DNA of 63,628 nucleotides, filler included. It is 4 parts of 4 records of this genome, joined end to end, with 100 filler letters (N's around TTAATTAATTAA, not from the genome) between each part and the next. Parts side by side here need not be neighbours in the genome. Positions count along the whole stretch, not along the records: positions 54,461 to 63,628 come from DRR723986_5498; 3 more parts are not named here. One strand, given 5' to 3'. Made by a program: the position numbers and the translations under genes. Positions 60,280 through 63,628 of the stretch are shown here, one piece after another; positions within the stretch are counted from its first letter, which is position 1, and every line of letters begins with the position of its first letter. Under the pieces are notes generated by a model, which was given only the letters and a program-made list of their open reading frames with translations, ran no database searches and was not told the DNA's origin.

Positions 60280-62016
60280 GTGGCACGAACGACACGGGGC
60301 AAAAGCGGCAGCGGGACCCGCCGGAGCACGGCATCGACCCGGCGGACGCCGGCAAAGAAGACGGGCACCTCTGCAGGGGACGACAGCCTGACCTCGGTCG
60401 AGGACAGCATCGCGGGGGCCGACACGACCGCCGCCGACACCATCGCCACGGTAGAGGACACCTACGGGGCCGAGACGCCGGACACCATCGCGGGCGACGC
60501 GACGCCGGACACGCTTGCCGCCGACGACACGACCAAGGCCGACGCCGACAGCCTCTCGACCGGGGATGCGGACAGGCTTGGCGACGACACGTCCGCCTCC
60601 GACACGGTTGCCGACGAAGACACGGCCAGCGCGGAGGCCGATACCATCGCCGCCGAAAGCACCTCTGTCGAGGATACCTATGGCATGGGCTCGGACGAGC
60701 TTTCCGCCAAGGGTTCGAGTCAGGACACGATCGGGGCCGGAAGCGACACGATCGCCGGGTCCGACAGCCTCTCCGGCGCCGACACCCGTCCCGAGGAACC
60801 CGTCAGCGGGCTCGAGGACGACACGCTCGACCGCAGCGCAAGCGCGCCGTCCGGGGCGGACGACACGGCGGGCGATGCCACGCTTGCCGGCGAAGGCCGC
60901 GACGTGGCCGCCGGCTCCGAGGATGACACCGTGGCCGCCGCGCCGACGGCGACCGCCACCCCGCAGCCTGTCGAAAAGACCGTGGAGCGCAGGGGCGGCT
61001 TCGTCCCGATGCTGTTGGGCGGTGCGATCGCCGCCGGTTTGGGCTTCGTCGCGGGAACCTATGCCGGTTTCGGCGGGGACGATGGCGAAGACCCCTTCGT
61101 CGCCGAAACACAGGCCGCGCTGCAGACGCAGGGCGACCGGATCTCGGAACTGGATTCCGGCCTTGCGGCGCTGGACGCCCGTCTGGCCCAGACGGAGGCC
61201 ACCGTGGCGGACATCGACACCGCGCCCCTGTCCACCGCGATCACCGGGCTCGAGGAAGGCGCCGCCGCTGGTCAGGCCGGGCTGACCGACCTTGGCACGG
61301 CGCTGACGGCGCTCGACGAGCGGCTGACCGCGCTGGAAAAGGCGCCGGTCGTCGAATCCGTCTCTCCCGAGGCAATCGCGGCCTACGAGCGTGAACTCGA
61401 CACCCTGCGCTCCGAGATCGCCGCGCAAAGCGCCGCCATCGCGGCCGAGCGCGAAGAGATCGAGACCCTTGCCCGCGAGGCGATGGAGGCAGAGGCGCAG
61501 GCCGACGCCAAGGCGATCCTTGCGGAAAGCCGCGCCGCGCTGGCCGAACTGACCGCCCGTGCGCAGGATGGCCGCCCCTTCACGGACCCTCTGACGACGC
61601 TTCGGGAAAACGCGGTAGAGGTGCCCGACGCGCTTGTCGCCACCGCCGAGACCGGCGTTCCGACCGTCACCGCGCTGGCCGACAGCTTTCCCGATCCCGC
61701 CCGCGAGGCGCTGCGCGTGGCCCGCGCCGGTGAGGAGGGCCAGAGCGGCAACCTCGGCAGTTTCCTGCGCAGCCAGCTTGGCGCCCGCTCCGTCGTCCCG
61801 CGTGAGGGCGACGACCCCGACGCGGTGCTGAGCCGTGCCGAAGCGGCGGTGAAGGCCGGGGACATCGCAACCGCCCTGTCCGAACTGGAGGCCCTGCCAC
61901 CCGAGGCGCAGGCCGAACTGGCCGAGTGGACCGAACAGGCCGCCCTGCGCCGCGACGCGCTGGACGCGGCCTCGGCAATGGGCGAGGAACTGAATAACGA
62001 ACAAGGGTCTGAATAA
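60280..62016 (+). CDS. COG4223 / alphaproteobacterial mitofilin (Mic60)-like protein with a long acidic N-terminal region
   Basis: TM helix, coiled coil, C-terminal GVPT...F..AAR-like, RS..PREGDDPDAVLSRAE; located between hemD and hemY. Confidence 0.82.
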   Translation: MARTTRGKSGSGTRRSTASTRRTPAKKTGTSAGDDSLTSVEDSIAGADTTAADTIATVEDTYGAETPDTIAGDATPDTLAADDTTKADADSLSTGDADRLGDDTSASDTVADEDTASAEADTIAAESTSVEDTYGMGSDELSAKGSSQDTIGAGSDTIAGSDSLSGADTRPEEPVSGLEDDTLDRSASAPSGADDTAGDATLAGEGRDVAAGSEDDTVAAAPTATATPQPVEKTVERRGGFVPMLLGGAIAAGLGFVAGTYAGFGGDDGEDPFVAETQAALQTQGDRISELDSGLAALDARLAQTEATVADIDTAPLSTAITGLEEGAAAGQAGLTDLGTALTALDERLTALEKAPVVESVSPEAIAAYERELDTLRSEIAAQSAAIAAEREEIETLAREAMEAEAQADAKAILAESRAALAELTARAQDGRPFTDPLTTLRENAVEVPDALVATAETGVPTVTALADSFPDPAREALRVARAGEEGQSGNLGSFLRSQLGARSVVPREGDDPDAVLSRAEAAVKAGDIATALSELEALPPEAQAELAEWTEQAALRRDALDAASAMGEELNNEQGSE

Positions 62017-62017
62017 T

Positions 62018-63553
62018 ATGCTGTGGTCACTTATAAAGATCGTCGTATTCGTCGCCCTCGTGGCGGCGCTGACCCTTGGCGCGGGCTATCTCATGGAAAG
62101 CTCCGGCGGTATCCAGATCACCGTCGCGGGGTCGGAATACACCCTCGGGCCGGTGCGCTCCGTGATCGCCGTCATCCTGCTGGTCTTCGCCGTCTGGTTG
62201 TTCTTCAAGCTTTTCGGCCTGCTGATCGCGGTGCTGAAGTTCATCAACGGCGACGAGACCTCGCTGTCGCGCTACTTCGACCGCAACCGCGAGAAGAAGG
62301 GCTATCAGGCCCTGTCCGAGGGGCTCATGGCGCTGGCATCGGGAGAGGGCCGGCTGGCCATCGCCAAGGCGCAGCGGGCCGAGAAATACCTGCACAAGCC
62401 CGAACTCACCGACCTCGTGACCGCTCAGGCGGCCGAGATGGCGGGCGACCGGCGCAAGGCCGAAGAGACCTACAAGCGCCTGCTCAAGCATGAAAACACC
62501 CGTTTCGTGGGTATCCGGGGCATCATGAAGCAGAAACTGGCGGCCGGGGACACCGACACCGCCCTGCAACTGGCGGAACGCGCCTTTGCCCTGAAACCCA
62601 AGCACTCCGAGGTTCAGGACACGCTGCTCCAGCTTCAGGCGCAAAAGCACGACTGGGCGGGTGCCCGCAAGACCCTGACCGCCAAGCTCAAGCACGGCAC
62701 CCTGCCGCGCGACGTCTACAAGCGCCGCGACGCGGTGCTGGCCCTGTCCGCCGCGACCGAGATCGACGATGCAGAGACCAGCGGCAAGGCGGCCGAGCAG
62801 GCGATCGAGGCCAACCGCAATTCGCCGGACCTGATCCCCGCCGCCGCCATGGCCGCGCGCGGCTACATCGCGCAAGACCGCAAGCGCAACGCCCTGCGGG
62901 TCATCAAGAAGGCGTGGGAAAGCCACCCGCACCCGGACCTCGCCGCCGCCTTCGCGGCCATCGAGCCGAACGAGACGCCCGACGAGCGCGTGAAGCGCTT
63001 CGTCCAGCTGACACGGATCAACCCCGAGCACCGCGAGACGAAGCTGCTCAAGGCCGAACTGAACCTCGCCGCAGAACACTTCCCCGAGGCGCGCCGCGCG
63101 CTTGGCGATCTGGCGCAGACCGACCCGGACGCCCGCGTTCTGGCGATCATGGCGGCCATCGAAAAGGGTGAAGGCGCCTCCGACGCCGTGGTGCGTGGCT
63201 GGCTGGCCAAGGCGCTGACCGCGCCGCGCGGTCCGCAGTGGGTCTGCGACAACTGCAACACGATCCACGCGGAATGGACGCCGATCTGCACCAACTGCCA
63301 GGCCTTCGACACGCTGTCGTGGAAGACCCCGCCGCAGGCGGAGGTGGTGCTGCCCGCGGGCGCCAACATGCTGCCTCTGCTGGTGGGTTCGGGCGTCGAC
63401 GAGATCACCCCGGTGCCGGTCGAAGAGAACGCCGTACCGGGCGTGATAGAGGTCGCAACTCCGGAGCCCGACGCCGACACCGTGGCCGCCCCGACGGCCG
63501 AGGATGCCGAGATCGTCGAGGACGAACCGCCGGCGCGCGCGACGGCAAAATAG
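62018..63553 (+). CDS. hemY: HemY-like TPR membrane protein
   Basis: Two N-terminal TMs, TPR helices, AWESHPHPDLA, C-terminal WVCDNC...CTNC zinc ribbon. Confidence 0.88.
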   Translation: MLWSLIKIVVFVALVAALTLGAGYLMESSGGIQITVAGSEYTLGPVRSVIAVILLVFAVWLFFKLFGLLIAVLKFINGDETSLSRYFDRNREKKGYQALSEGLMALASGEGRLAIAKAQRAEKYLHKPELTDLVTAQAAEMAGDRRKAEETYKRLLKHENTRFVGIRGIMKQKLAAGDTDTALQLAERAFALKPKHSEVQDTLLQLQAQKHDWAGARKTLTAKLKHGTLPRDVYKRRDAVLALSAATEIDDAETSGKAAEQAIEANRNSPDLIPAAAMAARGYIAQDRKRNALRVIKKAWESHPHPDLAAAFAAIEPNETPDERVKRFVQLTRINPEHRETKLLKAELNLAAEHFPEARRALGDLAQTDPDARVLAIMAAIEKGEGASDAVVRGWLAKALTAPRGPQWVCDNCNTIHAEWTPICTNCQAFDTLSWKTPPQAEVVLPAGANMLPLLVGSGVDEITPVPVEENAVPGVIEVATPEPDADTVAAPTAEDAEIVEDEPPARATAK

Positions 63554-63598
63554 CCCTTCCCCTTGGCCGGGCGGCCTGCTAAGAGGCCGCCCACCAGT

Positions 63599-63628
63599 GC
63601 CGCTGTAGCTCAGCTGGTAGAGCACGTC
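63599..63628 (+). tRNA. tRNA 5' part, probably tRNA-Thr (truncated by window end)
   Basis: GCCGCTG-TA-GCTC-AGCTGGTA-GAGC-A-CGTC acceptor strand and D-arm; anticodon not visible. Confidence 0.75.

Noticed and set aside
57358-63625. Long alternative-frame ORFs (e.g. the 5' part of 57453-60239, 59695-62004, 62027-63625)
   Set aside because: Shadow ORFs typical of high-GC DNA overlapping well-supported housekeeping genes; only the last ~235 aa of 57453-60239 (HemD) is real.

Overview
This window is not one replicon. It is four unrelated contigs joined by 100-nt N/TTAATTAATTAA linkers (18396-18495, 39096-39195, 54361-54460), so adjacency across a linker means nothing. Contig A (1-18395, Rhodobacteraceae-like) carries a partial RTX-repeat protein, an MFS transporter, a racemase/M24-peptidase/PLP-lyase operon, LysR-acyl-CoA dehydrogenase-CoA transferase, an arsR-arsC/gapdh/arsJ arsenate operon, beta-oxidation genes, an ftsB-like gene and the start of pdhA. 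Contig B (18496-39095, Bacteroidota/FCB-like) carries lysine 6-aminotransferase, a 4-TM protein with a GldL/PorL-like helix pair, a ~1985-aa C25 peptidase, a 1.9-kb stretch with no convincing ORF, two DUF5686-type paralogs, an ECF sigma factor, a beta-barrel and a REC-HD regulator. Contig C (39196-54360, alphaproteobacterial) looks like a prophage end at a tRNA 3' fragment, with a repeat-flanked sulfatase module, AT-richer candidate defence genes and a lysis cassette. Contig D (54461-63628, high-GC Rhodobacteraceae) is housekeeping: ahcY end, gpsA, tsaD, hemD, COG4223/Mic60, hemY and the start of a tRNA-Thr. Best novelty candidates: (1) a ~400-450-nt apparently non-coding, multi-helix RNA with its own promoter, paired 5'/3' ends and terminator (28767-29225); (2) the GldL-like motor subunit with extra domains; (3) a dispersed ~55-nt motif flanked by unrelated tandem arrays; (4) the repeat-bounded sulfatase cassette with a membrane wHTH-TPR sensor; (5) putative prophage defence genes. 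All family calls come from motif recognition by eye; no database searches or folding programs were run.
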